From: Eimeria praecox
Taxonomy: Eukaryota
Assembly (NCBI GenBank): GCA_963920595.1
Contig: OY986948.1
Location: 5,084,001 to 5,148,000, forward strand
DNA: 64,000 bases
Direction of reading: 5' to 3'
This document shows positions 38,030 through 50,800 of the stretch, piece after piece; positions within the stretch are counted from its first letter, which is position 1, and every line of letters begins with the position of its first letter. Under the pieces are notes generated by a model, which was not told the origin of the DNA, made no database searches, and saw only the letters and a list, made by a program, of their open reading frames with translations. The position numbers were made by a program, and so were the translations under genes.

Positions 38030-39350
38030 AACCACAAATAATTTACTTCCCATGCTATTCGCCCTGTGCTCTTTATTTTACTAGTGGGTGCGTTTCCAAG
38101 CAGGCAAACAGGCCAAGGCCCGCCTAACGAAGCGGCTGGCAGGCTGCTTAATCGGGATTGGGACATTTATTGAACTGCATTATTCTTCGCGCGCGACGCA
38201 GAGTGCCCAATGCAATCAAGCGTTGGTGTGCAATGGGTTCGAAAAGGTGCAACTTGAGCGAGGAGCCCACAAGAGGAGACGTCTTCTGCCTACTTATCCA
38301 GCAGTGCTCCACTATGCATGAACTGCCAGTACTGCGCAACGATACGGGGATTCCAGCGGATTTGCACTGGCAAGGCTCCAAACGAAGTAGAGCACTCACG
38401 CGTCTCGCAATCCTGCGGCAGGCTGGTTTGGGCTTCCGCCTGCCCCAAAAGGTTGAGGTACCCCCCTTGCCACAGCCGAAGGTGCTGAAGTTAGGTCCGA
38501 GCGGCATTTCGCTCGTTTTTATCATAGCCTGTAAGCTGCCGCCACCATTGGTGTCTTGCCTGCCCATCCGCATTTCATTATATCTGCTAGAGAAGTGTAA
38601 AACGCCAGCAGTCGTGTAGGCTGAAGGGTCAAGGCAAGTGTTCGAAGAAACCACTTAAAACATAAGGTTTGCTGCGCAACGATTAAACGCTACAAGCGCT
38701 CGACTATTCAAGTTACGATACTACGTACCACCTGGGCAACTGCTTAATGAAGCTCCACCTGCTGTGCCGATATCTTAAGAAATTCGCCCCGTATTGTGGG
38801 TCTTTGAAGAATAGAAGCGTATGGCGCTGCAATGCTGCTTGGTAGTGCACTGCCTGCCTGGAAATGTGAACGCTCACTATTCAAGCAACAGCAACACGTC
38901 AATACCTCATTTGTCTAGCCTGTACGCCCATTGGCTTGTCTGATACATCGGAATGCCGTTCAAGGCCATGCGGAGGGTAAAGGAGGAAACGGCATGGCTG
39001 GCTGCTTGTGCCAGCCAACCCGCACTCATGCCAAGCACTTTGAAGTATGACCGGCGGAGTCGCCTGTCTAGAGTTATTTCGGTAGTTGGTTTTGAGTGCG
39101 CAGATGAATTTCGGCTCGTTGAATGCTGTAGGGTCGTCCGCAAAGACGTTGCGGGAAGCGGATGTGGATATACTGCAGCCTTAGGTTGGAACGTTCGGAG
39201 CTTTACGACGGATTTGGTGCTTTGGATGCGAAATCAACGCAGGAAGTAGGTTTGCATATATGGGATGGGAAATCGAAAAAGAGCCTTTGCTTGAGGGGGA
39301 GATGTGCACCACGAGACTGCGTTGGTGGCAGTTGTCCCTACTTTGGCGCA
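38030..39350 (+). mobile_element. Decayed RT - RNase H remnant inside the macro-repeat (copies near 48410 and 57870)
   Basis: RPVLFI (~38059; cf. APVLFV), LVCNGFEKVQL (cf. LDL.SGF.Q..L), NEVEH then ILRQAGL (~38381-38430; cf. EEH...RLR.AGL), FRSFL (~38507), EIRPVLW (~38779; cf. ELLAVVW), LSSLYAHWL (38911), KGGNGMAGCLCQ (38979; cf. KG..N..ADALSR). Confidence 0.6.
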
Positions 39351-41353
39351 GTTACTTACCCGCCTTTGCGTTTAGAGTAGGTGCAGTTTGTGAATGCATC
39401 AATGGCTTTAAACCGAGCTAGGCATCTCACAGGAAGGTGGTCACTGAACCGCAGCGTAGTAAAGAGGAAGACCACGGGAGGCAGACCGTCGGTATTCACG
39501 CTGCGGATGTTTTCTGAAGCTTTAAACATTTGGCATTTGCGTTGGTCTTCCAGCAGGAGGTGATTCGAAGAGGGCGGCCCTTGCATCCAGCTGCCTCGTT
39601 TATCAGTCGGTAAGGAGCTTGGGGGAGGATGGGTCGCCGTGGTAGAAATCGCCTTCCTCTGCTGTTAGAAGCATACGCCGTAAGTGACGGAGATCTAATG
39701 TGGGTGCATGTGGGGGCATCGTGGGGTGATGCAACGTGTGTGGGCGGCTGTATGTGGGCTGTGTGGCGAAGCCTTCTTTCGCGATAGTATCACACGCTGT
39801 TTTGGCCAGGAAGTATGCGCCTAGAATCATTTCACCCTTGGTCTCCTTTGGTATCTACTGAGGCGGGTTCTTTGGGCACTACGATATGCGTTTGCGAACC
39901 ATGGTCGGGCATCACAAACGGTGCCCGACCCTGTCTCAGGCAATCGGTGAGACAGCAAATGCAGAGCGCACTGCATGGCAGGAGACAGCAGCGAATACGC
40001 ATTGGTTTTTATCAGGCTTTTAGCGGGTTCGACGGCCAGCCCGGATATGTATGATGGCATTTGTTTTCCATGCGACGGGAGTAGCGGAGGGCAGGACGGG
40101 GCCGGTGGCGCAGTCAACATGAATTGGGCAAATGCTGATGGTCCTTGGACGGAAGAAGGCGGGAATTGTGTCCTATTGCTCCTATTGCTCACCTATTGGT
40201 AAATAGAGAAGCAAACAAAACTCATGGTATAGGCGTGTGTTTTTTCATTGGCAAGGTTAGATCAGCTGTATTCTGTAAACGGCAAGTGAAATTGCCCTGT
40301 ATGCCACACATTTTCGTTCAAGGGCTGGATGGCGTGCATGCTACCTGCATCGCAAGCGCAAGCCGTTCATGCCAGCATATGTCCGCGTTCAGTGGGAGAT
40401 CCCCTTTCCTTGCTGAGGTAACGCGCATTTTGCCCAGGAAGTATGCGCATATAATAGCGGACAGATGGGGGAGGGTGTTGAAGGGGGGGTAACGGCCAGC
40501 GTTCGAAGTAACAAATTTGTGGCATCGTAAGAGCATGGACGTTATGCTACCGGTTCTTTAACGGGATCACACTATGGGAGAAGCGTTAATGCAGGTATAG
40601 CTGAGCTTCGCAAAGCTTTCATGCTTGCTTTAGGAAACGTGCACACCCCTGAGCGGCAGGGAATCATCTCGTTATGCTGATACACATCTTTGGCATTCCT
40701 TAGGCTTGGTGCTTCAGTGCCTCGGTTTGCATTACGGTATGTTATTAGAAGGTGCTGTGTGGACTGGCTAAGACAGCATGTGTGCAGTGCGACACAGATC
40801 AGGCGCGGCGAAGGCGAGGTCCGATGCACCTGGCCGAGTGGTGGGCGGGGTGGGGTCGGTGGTGCGGCTCGGAGTGCTGATCTACATCGGCATGCCTGTG
40901 CCTAATATGAGTGAGCGTACAGCGCCTAGTTACGGGCTGGCGCATAGCTTGGCCGTATCACTCGACTTGTATGGTTCTCAAGTGCGTGCATGCGGCACGT
41001 CTATCTTTGTCATTCAGTATGCTGTTCTCGCTGTTCAAGCTTTATCGCACCTGCACGTAAAAGGCTGAACAACGGGTTGGATGATCCTGTATTCTGCGCG
41101 CGCCCTCCATTCATCGTACCCTAGAAGCTTTTCTATTGCCGTCGGCCTTTCAACAGAAAGCGACTTGATGCAGCGCTCCTACGGGGCTATGATGAATATG
41201 CATGCTGCGCTTATTGAAGGCGATTACATGCTCGCAGATGTACAGATGCGGCATTCAGTGGCGTGTCATGCTGCTCAGGCCGTATGCGCTTAGTTTTCAT
41301 CGACAGTTGTGAAGGTTTCTAGAGGGCTGCAGAGAGCACCCTGAGCCGCGAAT

Positions 41354-44156
41354 GTGAGGCCTGCTGAGGCCATGCACCTACTCCGAGTCATATTCGTATT
41401 TGCATGCCGGCGTGGTCGGTGCGTAAACGCTGGTGTTTTTGTGTGTTCAGCAACATATGCGTTTGTAGAAGGGAACTTGCTCAAACAGGGGAGGCGCGGA
41501 ATGGCTTTGCTTGAGCAGTGCGATTCTTCGGTGTTCTTAGTGGAAGAAGGGTGGCGCGAAGGTTGTATTTGCATTTGCTGGAGAGGTTCTGGTATTACAA
41601 GGTGCACGACAAGCTACCGCTGTATGGGGTTATTCCAGTATCAGTGCAGCCCGATGCAATACAAAATCCAGGATTCTGACTATTTAGGGAGCGGGACGGG
41701 TGATGGCCGATGTGGTGTAAGCACTGTGGTGCGGACGACTGCTGTGCATGGGTCTGCGTAGGTGGACGTGCAGCAAGTATTTTGATGCTGGTGATTGGCT
41801 TTACGCGAGATGTGGAAATGTTTGGTCTTCGCGTGAATGGTTTGCGCGAGTGTGTGCATAATGGTCAGTCATTTTGCGCTTCTTGTAATCAAGGTTTGGG
41901 CGGTTGTAGAGGGAATTGCGTGATCTGCGTGGTGACCTGTGCTGCCTTGCGCAGGTGCAGGTCAGGCCATTTATCATATATTGCAAGCTTTTCCTGTCTC
42001 ATCGGCCTTTCATGAAAATCCTGCTCTTAGTTGTTGCCTAGCATGAGCAGCTGCTTTGTGCCGTGGACAAGCATTGTGGGAAGGCCGTGATTTTTATGGA
42101 ATGCTTTTTCAGAGAATTGGTTGATGCGCATGCTGTTTCATGCATCGAAGGCGAGGGTACTTCTTGCGCTCGTATAAGGTAAATCCGTCATGCCTGTCGT
42201 CTTTGTTGCAACGGCGTGTGCGATGTACAGGAAGTATGCGCATAAATTGTATTAGGCATTGTGGAGGTGTTTAAATAGCTGCCGGGAGTACTTTGAGGAG
42301 CGAGTGTGAGACCTGCTGAGGCCATGCACGTAGTTCGAGTCAGAGTTTGATTGGCATGTCGGCTTGGCCGGCAGGTGAAACTGTGCATCCAGCAACATAT
42401 ACGTTTGTTGAGGGGAACTTGCTCAAACAGGGGAAGCGCAGAATGGCTTTGCTTGAGCAGTGCGATTCTTCGGTGTTCTTAGGGGAAGGGTGGCGCGGAG
42501 GTTGTATATGCATTTGCTGGAGAGGTTCTGGCATTACAAGGTGCCGGACAAGCTACCGATGTATCTGGTTATTGCAGTGTCAGTGCAGCGCGATGCAATA
42601 CAAAATCCAGGATTCTGACTATTTAGGGAGCGGGACGGGTGATGGCCGATGTGGTGTAAGCACTGTGGTGCGGACGACTGCTGTGCATGGGTCTGCGTAG
42701 GTGGACGTGCAGCAAGTATTTTGATGCTGGTGTTTGGCTTTACGCGATATGTGGAAATGTTTGGCCTTCGCGTGAATGGTTTGCGCGAGTGTGTGCATAA
42801 TGGTCAGTCATTTTGCGCTTCTTGTAATCAAGGTTTGGGCGGTTGTAGAGGGAATTGCGTGATCTGCGTGGTGACCTGTGCTGTCTTGCGCAGGTGCAGG
42901 TCAGGCCATTCATGTCTCATCAGCCTTTCATCAAGGTCCTGATCTTAGTCGCTGCTTAGCATGAGCAGCTGCTTTGTGCCGTGGACAAGCATTGTGGGAA
43001 GGCCGTGATTTTTATGGAATGCTTTTTCAGAGAATTGGTTGATGCGCATGCTGTTTCATGCATCGAAGGCGAGGGTACTTCTTGCGCTCGTATAAGGTAA
43101 ATCCGTCATGCCTGTCGTCTTTGTTGCAACGGCGTGTGCGATGCACAGGAAGTATGCGCATAAATTGTATTAGCCGTTGTGGAGGTGTTAAAATAGCTGC
43201 CGGGAGTACTTTGACGAGCGAGTGTGAGGCCTGCTGAGGCCATGCACGTAGTTCGAGTCAGAGTTTGATTGGCATGTCGGCTTGGCCGGCAGGTGAAACT
43301 GTGCATTCAGCAACATATACGTTTGTTGAGGGGAACTTGCTCAAACAGGGGAAGCGAGGAATGGCTTTGCTTGAGCAGTGCGATTCTTCGGTGTTCTTAG
43401 GGGAAGGGTGGCGCGGAGGTTGTATATGCATTTGCTGGAGAGGTTCTGGTATTACAAGGTGCACGACAAGCTGCCGCTGTATGGGGTTATTCCAGTATCA
43501 GTGCAGCGCGATACAATACAAAATCCAGGATTCTGAATATTTAGGGAGCGGGACGGGTGATGGCCGATGTGGTGTAAGCACTGTGGTGCGGACGACTGCT
43601 GTGCATGGGTCTGCGTAGGTGGACGTGCAGCAAGTATTTTGATGCTGGTGTTTGGCTTTACGCGATATGTGGAAATGTTTGGTCTTCGCGTGAATGGTTT
43701 GCGCGAGTGTGTGCATAATGGTCAGTCATTTTGCGCTTCTTGTAATCAAGGTTTGGGCGGTTGTAGAGGGAATTGCGTGATCTGCGTGGTGACCTGTGCT
43801 GTCTTGCGCAGGTGCAGATCAGGCCATTCATGTCTCATCAGCCTTTCATCAAGGTCCTGATCTTAGTCGATGCTTAGCATGAGCAGCTGCTTTGTGTCGT
43901 GGACAAGCATTGTGGGAAGGTCGTGAATTTTATGGAATGCTTTTTCAGAAAATTGGCTGATGCACATGTTGTTGGATACATGGAAAGGGACCTTAATTCG
44001 TTCGCGCGTATAAGGCAGATCCGTCACGGTTGTCGTTTCTGTTGCCACGGCGTGTATGATGCTCAGGACGTATGCGCAAAAATTGTATTAGCCGTTGTGG
44101 AGGTGTTGAAATAGCTGCCGGGAGTACTCTGAGCAGCGAGTGTAAGGCCTGCTGAG
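41354..44156 (-). repeat. Nested tandem sub-array (952+918+918 bp), each unit a decayed integrase
   Basis: The anchor gt(g/a)ag(g/a)cctgctgag occurs at 41354, 42306, 43224 and 44142. The minus strand reads PVPLPKYSESW (cf. L.PLP.P..PW), LVIPEPL-SK across a frameshift (cf. LVIVDRLSK) and SFTC.......TTCMASA (cf. RFTS.......MSSAYHPQ). Confidence 0.95.
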
Positions 44157-44899
44157 GGTACCCCCCTCCTCCAAGGCGCTGTTCTACGTGCATGCTCTTT
44201 TGAGAGTAGCTCGGGAGCAGTAGTAGCTGCGAACTTAGAAACACTCGTGCTTATAGGGAACGTGGAGGAAAGAAGCGTTTTCGTCTTATGTACGGTTTGC
44301 TCATTGTAGGTGGGTTTGTGGGTCTGGATGGGGAATGAGTACTGCATGGGGTGTTACACTGCCGAATGTACCGTAAGAAATGCTTGAGGAAGGGCCTGAT
44401 TTCGAGGCTTGGTCACCTTGCAACAGTCATATTTGGCTATAGTGCACACCTCACGTATTTGTTCGGCCTGCGTGAAGTGCCCTATGGGTAAGTTTCCGGA
44501 GGGTGAGAGCAGAGCAGGTGAAGATGCAAACGTGCACGGATTTGAAGTCAGGCAGCAGTCATACACAAGGCTCGAAGCCGCCGTTGTGAAGGAGATGAAG
44601 GGCATGGAATCTGTTCGCAACGTCTAAGGAATTAGGTAATACACTCGAAGCAACTCTCACGGTGCCGTGTATGCAAGCACGTCTTTGACAAAGCCTAGAT
44701 TGGTCACAGAGCTGAGATATTGCATGTTGGTCACGACAGCAGGCCAGCAGTAGCGTGGTCTGCTACGGCCTGTCCGTAGATACTCTTTTCTTGATCTCCT
44801 TTTGTATTTTGGAGCATTGGTTGTAATTAATCCCGTTAACTGTGGGGACAGGCGTTTGCACAGGCAGCAACGAGGGCTTTCACGGCACATGCTGTGTGG

Positions 44900-46700
44900 C
44901 ATTGGCTGCAGTGTTGGACACAAGGCGCATACGGCGCCTCCTGCGGCTTGTCTTACATGCATGCGTTTTGAGCTATGTTAGGCATCAGGCTAGCAATGAT
45001 CCCGAATATTTACAGAGTGCAAGAAGGTGCATTGACAGCGTATGGCGTTTGGCAATATGTTTGGTGCCTTGCAGAAGGTGCGCATGGTGGCTCATATTGG
45101 CTGACTGTCCATCCTCGTGCTTAGAGCGAGGATTGCGTTCAGGAGCATAGGCAGGTATTGGAACCGTTGAGCAGAGGAGCAGGCATATGCATGGAGGGCA
45201 GAAAGGTGCGTTGACGGGGTAAGCTGAATGGCAGTAGACGCGGTGTTTCACAGACGGTGCGTACAGTGTCTGCTTTGGTGTGTCTATCCTCCCTGGAGGT
45301 TTAAACACTTTTCGTGTTTCGAAGGATAGTTTAGTATTGGCTGGGTACGGTAACGGATATTTGCAGAGAGAGCAACAAGGGGTTCCAGGATGGATGGCGT
45401 GTGGCAGTAGATATGGTGCCTTCACAGACGGTGAGCTGTTTGGTTTTCTGTGGCCAGTCCGGTGCATCCAATATGACGTATCGCATGCTGCCGAAGCAGC
45501 TAGCCACTGGATCTGCATCTGCAGTGCCTATGTCTTAGGATATTCGTTGCCGTAGTTTTGGTGCGCATTGAGGCGAGCTGACGCATTGCCCACCTCGCAG
45601 AATGGTGTCGCTGGTTTAACGAAGTCTATTGTCCAGCCTGTACGCACGTTGGCTTGCTTGATGTGCATGATGCTTGTGAAGTCGAATCGTCACTGGACGC
45701 ATAGTGAAGAAGAATACAGCATGTCCGCAAAGCTGTGCCAATCCGCACTGTTTACAAGCGTTCTGCAGCACGAGTAGCCGACTTACTTGCCTACGCAAGG
45801 CCTGCTGGCTGCTTTGGAAGCCATATACTGAATTCGAATGCTTTCTATGTCTCAGGTCAATCTCTCAAAACCTTGGACCAAGCGGATGTGGATATTCTGC
45901 TACCGTAGGTGATAAGCGGAGCCGTACGACGGATCTCGTCTGAGTGGTGCATAACCAACGCAGGGAGTGGGTCTGCATAGGTGAAGTGTGAAATCCAAGA
46001 CAAGCAAGCTCTGTTTGAGGAGGCGATACTCGCCATGCCTTTTCATCGAAAAGCGCGATGCTCATGGTAACGGCTTGATGAATATATCGAACAAACAACC
46101 ACACTTTGCCTGAACAATCCTGCCCAGAAACTCAAGGCATGCATAGGATAACTGGAGGAAGAGGGCGAGACAGTCGAGATGGCAGTGTGCGGAGGCGACC
46201 AACGGGGAGGCCTCTGAAAGGGCCGTAGATAGGGGGTCACTCTGCTTGCTCATCAGCTGCCGACTTTGGATTTGCTTCCGTGAGCGGTTGCAATGGTATA
46301 AGCATCTCCACCAGAGAGCATGATCGCAGACAGTTGAATACGTTGAATAAATGCTCGTCTTGATGGCCCTACAAATCCTTCTGCGAATCCTGCTTAGAAA
46401 CCTGCAAGCGCATTGAAGCGCAAGCGTGCCAGTGCGCGAAGGGGCGATTCTTCTTGTGCAAAAAAGCCTACAGGAAGAAATGCCATTTACTTCATCATGA
46501 GCGTGCTCAGCCCATTGCTTCCTATGGTGTGCGAAAACTTTATGACGGCATGGGAGTTGGATGAGCTTGGCTTTGCCGGGGCACTAAACTAAGCAAGCAT
46601 TCCTGCGCCTTGTAGCCTGGCGGCAGGCTGACTTGGGTTTACATTTGCCTTCGCCGGCGCCAGTCGTTTATCGACTTTCCTAAGCTAATGGAAATTGTGC
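44900..46700 (+). mobile_element. Further decayed RNase H - integrase paralog inside the macro-repeat (copy near 54360-56160)
   Basis: LSSLYARWLA at 45629. gcggatgtggatat(t/a)ctgc is shared with ~39159. DAHG at ~46057 is paralogous to DAHNS at 31749. ggcactaaactaagc (~46579) is paralogous to the ALNQA motif. Confidence 0.5.
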
Positions 46701-47895
46701 TGAGAATTTGCGACTGTCCGGTCAGCGCGTATGCAAGCAGTTCTTACAAGCCGTTTTGCCGTTGCTTATGAGTCATTAACAAGCGGCGTAGCCAGCCAGT
46801 GTTCAGCAGGGTACTTGCATGCATGCTGTAGTGTTGCTTCGCTTCACTTGCAGCACAGCAGCACAGCGTGGAGTTGTGGGATGCTTGCCGAACACATACA
46901 TGAGAGGTGATAATTGGGTAGGCAGCAACCAGCTTTTTAGCCCAGAGGTGTATAACCGCCTGGTGGGACGCAGCTGGTGCGGTTCGCTGCACCTGCAGCT
47001 GTAGATATCCAGCTGTATATCTCCATGCAAATGCCCTCTTAAAGGGGCTGACGTGCTACGTGCGTTCACGTGGGATGAATGGAAGAATCCGACAGTGTTT
47101 ACCATTTCGAAGGTTTGGTGGATTAGGACTAACGAACTAAGTGGCAAGCAATTGTATTGGTAGGGGGCATAAACGTAGTAGTGCCAGCGCGTTATAACCA
47201 GATCCATTGTGAGCTTGGAACCCCACAAGAAGTGATGCGCTATGCCTCCTTGTCACAATGTGCTCCCCTAACCATGGATTGCGAACTGTGTCTAACAACA
47301 CGGGAGCTCGAGTGGCTTGGAGCTCAGGTGGCCCTGCATCGAGCAGAGTAGTCATGCTTCCCGTTGTTTGGCGGTACCCTGGTTTGGGTGTGCGCCTGTC
47401 TGACAAGGGTTTTCCAATGCCATGACGAAGTAGCAGGTGCTAGAATGATAGCTGAATGGCCTTTCGCTCGGGTTTGCTTTAGAGCGTGAGCTGGCACCAG
47501 AAGAAGTTTCTCAAGTGCCCAAGCAAACTTGCTAGAGCCTGTTAGAAGAGTGTATTAAAGAGCCTGTGATTTTCTAGGTTGAATTTAAACGGAGGGCGCT
47601 CGAAAGAAGCACTTCAAGCACCAGCTTTTCTGCGTAGCGATTGAACGTTATACGATGCAGAATAACAAGCACTATTTGGGCAGGCACTACCTGGGCAGGT
47701 ATCCAGTGAAACTGCATCCGCAGTGCCTACAAGTTTGTACCTTGACTTCCCCTGTTCTGGCTTTTCAAGTCGATGAGCTGCCACATGGTCACGTAGCGTG
47801 CTGGGAGCACAGTGATCAAGGCTGCGGCGCGACCGTGGCCACAATGCGCAGGGCATGTGCAGTTTCATAAACGTTAGAAGCGCCGCAAACGCGAC

Positions 47896-50800
47896 ATTGT
47901 GTGCCATTTCAAAGAATCGACCAAATCAGTTTGTATGCCTCCCGTCAGTTTGCTTGGTTTGCGGTTAAGTGCTGTGGTGATAGCGATGATCCTCCCAGTG
48001 TATGCTTTAGTCTAAACGTCGGGATTCTGTCCATAAAATGAGAGTCTTCTCCAGGAGCAGGAGCACAGAGACAGAATGTTCAGGTTTCGTTGCGAGTAGA
48101 AGGCATTGCATTGCATGCAAGTGCATCTATATCAAAGGCTTGATGCTTCCAGTTCGTTGACCCAAATTCGGTGATATTCGTCTAGTTGTGACGCTGCGTA
48201 CGACCCCCCTCCGATGCGTCTTAATGAACTTGTCTTTTTTCAAGGGAACTGCAGGCAAGGCCTGCTAAATGAAAACGGCGAGCCGTAAGGGCATTTGTTC
48301 TTTGCGAAGTATACATACCTGTTTAGCAAGTAAGCAGGCAATATTCTAACACTATTTCGAAGTCGGAGCTATCAGGGGGCGGGCTGTGCGCAGCGGTGTT
48401 CCAACAACCACAAATAATTTACTTCCCATGCTATTCGCCCTGTGCTCTTTATTTTACTAGTGGGAGCGTTTCCAAGCAGGCAAACAGGCCAAGGCCCGCC
48501 TAACGAAGCGGCTGGCAGGCTGCTTAATCGGGATTGGGACATTTATTGGACTACATTATTCTTCGCGCGCGACGCAGAGTGCCCAATGCAATCTAGCGTT
48601 GGTGTGCAATGGGTTCGAAAAAGATGCAACTTGAGCGAGGAGCCCACAAAAGGAGACGTCTTCTGCCTACTTATCCAGCAGTGCTCCACTATGCATGAAC
48701 TGCCAGTACTGCGCAACGATACGGGAATTCGAGCGGATTTGCACTGGCAAGGCATCAAACGAAGCAGAGCACTCATGCGTCTCGCAATCCTGCGGCAGGC
48801 TGGTTTGGGCTTCCGCCTGCCCCAAAAGGTTGAGGTACCCCCCTTGCCACAGCCGAAGGTGCTGAAGTTAGGTCCGAGCGGCATTTCGCTCGTTTTTATC
48901 ATAGCCTGTAAGCTGCCGCCACCATTGGTGTCTTGCCTGCCCATCCGCATTTCATTATATCTGCTAGAGAAGTGTAAAACGCCAGCAGTCGTGTAGGCTG
49001 AAGGGTCAAGGCAAGTGTTCGAAGAAACCACTTAAAACATAAGGTTTGCTGCGCAACGATTAAACGCTACAAGCGCTCGACTATTCAAGTTACGATACTA
49101 CGTACCACCTGGGCAACTGCTTAATGAAGCTCCACCTGCTGTGCCGATATCTTAAGAAATTCGCCCCGTATTGTGGGTCTTTGAAGAATAGAAGCGTATG
49201 GCGCTGCAATGCTGCTTGGTAGTGCACTGCCTGCCTGGAAATGTGAACGCTCACTATTCAAGCAACAGCAACACGTCAATACCTCATTTGTCTAGCCTGT
49301 ACGCCCATTGGCTTGTCTGATACATCGGAATGCCGTTCAAGGCCATGCGGAGGGTAAAGGAGGAAACGGCATGGCTGGCTGCTTGTGCCAGCCAACCCGC
49401 ACTCATGCCAAGCACTTTGAAGTATGACCGGCGGAGTCGCCTGTCTAGAGTTATTTCGGTAGTTGGTTTTGAGTGCGCGGATGAATTTCGGCTCGTTGAA
49501 TGCTGTAGGGTCGTCCGCAAAGACGTTGCGGGAAGCGGATGTGGATATACTGCAGCCTTAGGTTGGAACGTTCGGAGCTTTACGACGGATTTGGTGCTTT
49601 GGATGCGAAATCAACGCAGGAAGTAGGTTTGCATATATGGGATGGGAAATCGAAAAAGAGCCTTTGCTTGAGGGGGAGATGTGCACCACGAGACTGCGTT
49701 GGTGGCAGTTGTCCCTACTTTGGCGCAGTTACTTACCCGCCTTTGCGTTTAGAGTAGGTGCAGTTTGTGAATGCATCAATGGCTTGAAACCGAGCTAGGC
49801 ATCTCACAGGAAGGTGGTCACTGAACCGCAGCATAGTAAAGAGGAAGACCACGGGAGGCAGGCCGTCGGCATCCACGCTGCGGATGTTTTCTGAAGCTTT
49901 AAACATTTGGTATTTGCGTTGGTCTTCCAGCAGGAGGTGATTCGAAGGGGGCGGCCCTTGCATCCAGCTGCCTCGTTTATCAGTCGGTAAGGAGCTTGGG
50001 GGAGGATGGGTCGCCGTGGTAGAAATCGCCTTCCTCTGCTGTTAGAAGCATGTGCCGTAAGTGACGGAGATCTAATGTGGGTGCATGTGGGGACATCGTG
50101 GGGTGATGCAACGTGTGTGGGCGGCTGTATGTGGGCTGTGTGGCGAAGCCTTCTTTCGCGATAGTATCACACGCTGTTTTGGCCAGGAAGTATGCGCCTA
50201 GAATCATTTCACCCTTGGTCTCCTTTGGTATCTACTGAGGCGGGTTCTTTGGGCACTACGATATGCGTTTGCGAACCATGGTCGGGCATCACAAACGGTG
50301 CCCGACCCTGTCTCAGGCAATCGGTGAGACAGCAAATGCAGAGCGCACTGCATGGCAGGAGACAGCAACGAATACGCATTGGTTTTTATCAAGCTTTTAG
50401 CGGGTTTGACGGCCAGCCCGGATATGTATGAATGCACTTGTTTTCCATGCGACGGGAGTAGCGGAGGGCAGGACGGGGCCGGTGGCGCAGTCAACATGAA
50501 TTGGGCAAATGCTGATGGTCCTTGGACGGAAGAAGGCGAGAATTGTGTCCTATTGCTCCTATTGCTCACCTATTGGTAAATAGAGAAGCAAACAAAACTC
50601 ATGGTATAGGCGTGTGTTTTTTCATTGGCAAGGTTAGATCAGCTGTATTCTGTAAACGGCAAGTGAAATTGCCCTGTATGCCACACATTTTCGTTCAAGA
50701 GCTGGATGGCGTGCATGCTACCTGCATCGCAAGCGCAAGCCGTTCATGCCAGCATATGTCCGCGTTCAGTGGGAGATCCCCTTTCCTTGCTGAGGTAACG

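Larger units (their letters stand above)
37520..47895. repeat. Macro-repeat copy 1 (10376 bp; three integrase-derived sub-units)
   Basis: The anchor attgtgtgccatttcaaagaatcgaccaaatcag occurs at 37520, 47896 and 57355. The ORF track repeats at +10377 before the sub-array and +9459 after it. Confidence 0.97.

Noticed and set aside
40171..40198. Short direct repeat cctattgct x2 plus cctattg
   Set aside because: It is a trivial slippage duplication with no evidence of function.
48442..48996. 184-aa ORF repeated at 57901 (and partly at 38158) as a conserved multicopy gene
   Set aside because: The conservation only reflects recent DNA duplication. Copy 1 is frameshifted, and the RT-like motifs are spread across different frames.
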